A stretch of DNA of 64,000 bases. It comes from an uncultured delta proteobacterium. GTDB taxonomy: Bacteria > Myxococcota_A > Polyangia > Polyangiales > Polyangiaceae. Location: contig CAWAIF010000003.1 of assembly GCA_963782055.1 (NCBI GenBank), positions 1,216,001-1,280,000 of the forward strand. Direction: 5' to 3'. The notes under the pieces are model-generated. The model was not told the DNA's origin. It did not search any database and saw only the letters and a program-made list of their open reading frames with translations. Every line of letters starts with the position of its first letter. Within the stretch, counting starts at the first letter, position 1. A program made the translations under genes and the position numbers. This document shows, piece by piece, positions 63,242 through 64,000 of the stretch.

Positions 63242-63422
63242 GCGCCGCGCAGTCTACCCGCCTTCCCCCCGCCCCGCTCACGTACAGCACCCCCCCGGCC
63301 CCTGCCCCCTGTGCCCCCTGTCTGTCCCCCCTGTCCCCCTCCCCCGTCCCCGGACACCAAACGTCGAACTGCAAGCAGTGCTGCACCGCGACGTTTCGCG
63401 TGAATCGTGGGGGAGGGGGGGG

Positions 63423-63438
63423 TGGCATGCGGCGTGCT
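63423..63438 (+). promoter_or_regulatory. Sigma-54 promoter candidate
   Basis: TGGCATGCGGCGTGCT (GG-N10-GC), 12 bp before ATG 63451. Confidence 0.5.
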
Positions 63439-63450
63439 CTGGGACTCGGG

Positions 63451-64000
63451 ATGGATCCTGTGTTCTTCACCATCAAGCGCGCCTATTACGCCACGCTGCG
63501 GCTGACGCGGCGGGCGCTCGCGGCGATGGGGCTCACCGCGGCGCGGTTCGACCTCCTCGATGCGCTGTATCGCCTGGGGACGCGCTGCGTTCACTACCAG
63601 AGCCACCTTCGACGCGCGCTCGGCGTCGCGCGCTCCACCATCAGCGTGATGATGCGGTCGCTCGAGCGGCTCGGGCTCGTCGAGCGGCGGCGCGTCGGGC
63701 GTGAGGTGCTGGTCGCGCTGACGCCGGAGGGCCGTCGCCGCGTGCGCCGCGCCTTCTTCGGCCTCGTCCTCGTCGGGCACGTCGGGGTGGCGCTGGACGG
63801 AGCGCTCGCGCCGGGTGCGCGCCGCTGGCCCGCGCCGCGAGCCTGCGCGAGCGCCCGGAGGCACCTCCAGGCGCTCTGCATGCGCATTCGCCGTGGCTTC
63901 GGCGACGCCGCCGACCTCGACCTGGTCGGGAGCATATGGTGGGCGCGCGACGTGGAGCGCGCGCGCCGCGACCGGTACCGCCACGAACGTTACCAGGCGG
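63451..64000 (+). CDS. MarR-family transcriptional regulator, 3'-partial (absent from the ORF track)
   Basis: Manual translation: MDPVFFTIKRAYYATLRLTRRALAAMGLTAARFDLL...QSHLRRALGVARSTISVMMRSLERLGLVERR...VALTPEG; no stop before the window end. Confidence 0.8.
   Translation, partial: MDPVFFTIKRAYYATLRLTRRALAAMGLTAARFDLLDALYRLGTRCVHYQSHLRRALGVARSTISVMMRSLERLGLVERRRVGREVLVALTPEGRRRVRRAFFGLVLVGHVGVALDGALAPGARRWPAPRACASARRHLQALCMRIRRGFGDAADLDLVGSIWWARDVERARRDRYRHERYQA

Overview
A very GC-rich, gene-dense chromosomal segment with about 46 genes. The gene content (MYXO-CTERM protein, Cys-rich lipoproteins, three eukaryote-like Ser/Thr kinases, IgGFc-binding and DUF2330 proteins) points to a myxobacterium, probably class Polyangia; this is an inference. 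Recognisable genes: dacB (partial), a RpoD-family sigma factor, an ABC exporter, a DAG-kinase-family enzyme, a four-gene TPAT/TRAP-T transporter, a histidine kinase-NtrC-response regulator-USP module, a MATE pump, an OmpA/Pal lipoprotein, a SpoIVB-type S55 protease with a beta-propeller partner, radC, an AddAB-like helicase-nuclease pair, a lytic transglycosylase, carB, malic enzyme and a partial MarR regulator. Both AddAB-like genes carry a +1 frameshift. I saw no rRNA, tRNA, CRISPR array, transposase or prophage. The most notable observations are: (1) a circularly permuted, PDZ-less S55 protease clustered with a degenerate PP2C sensor and a propeller protein, behind a highly structured intergenic element; (2) an AddA-like protein ending in a QLTLF clamp-binding-like motif, with Fe-S-type cysteines in both subunits; (3) orphan type III export genes (SctO/FliJ-like and SctT/FliR-like) 17 kb apart; (4) a TPAT transporter with unusual extensions next to lipid-handling genes; (5) a protein built of four 91-93 aa FAGQxRxxR repeats. 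All calls come from reading motifs by eye; no searches were run.
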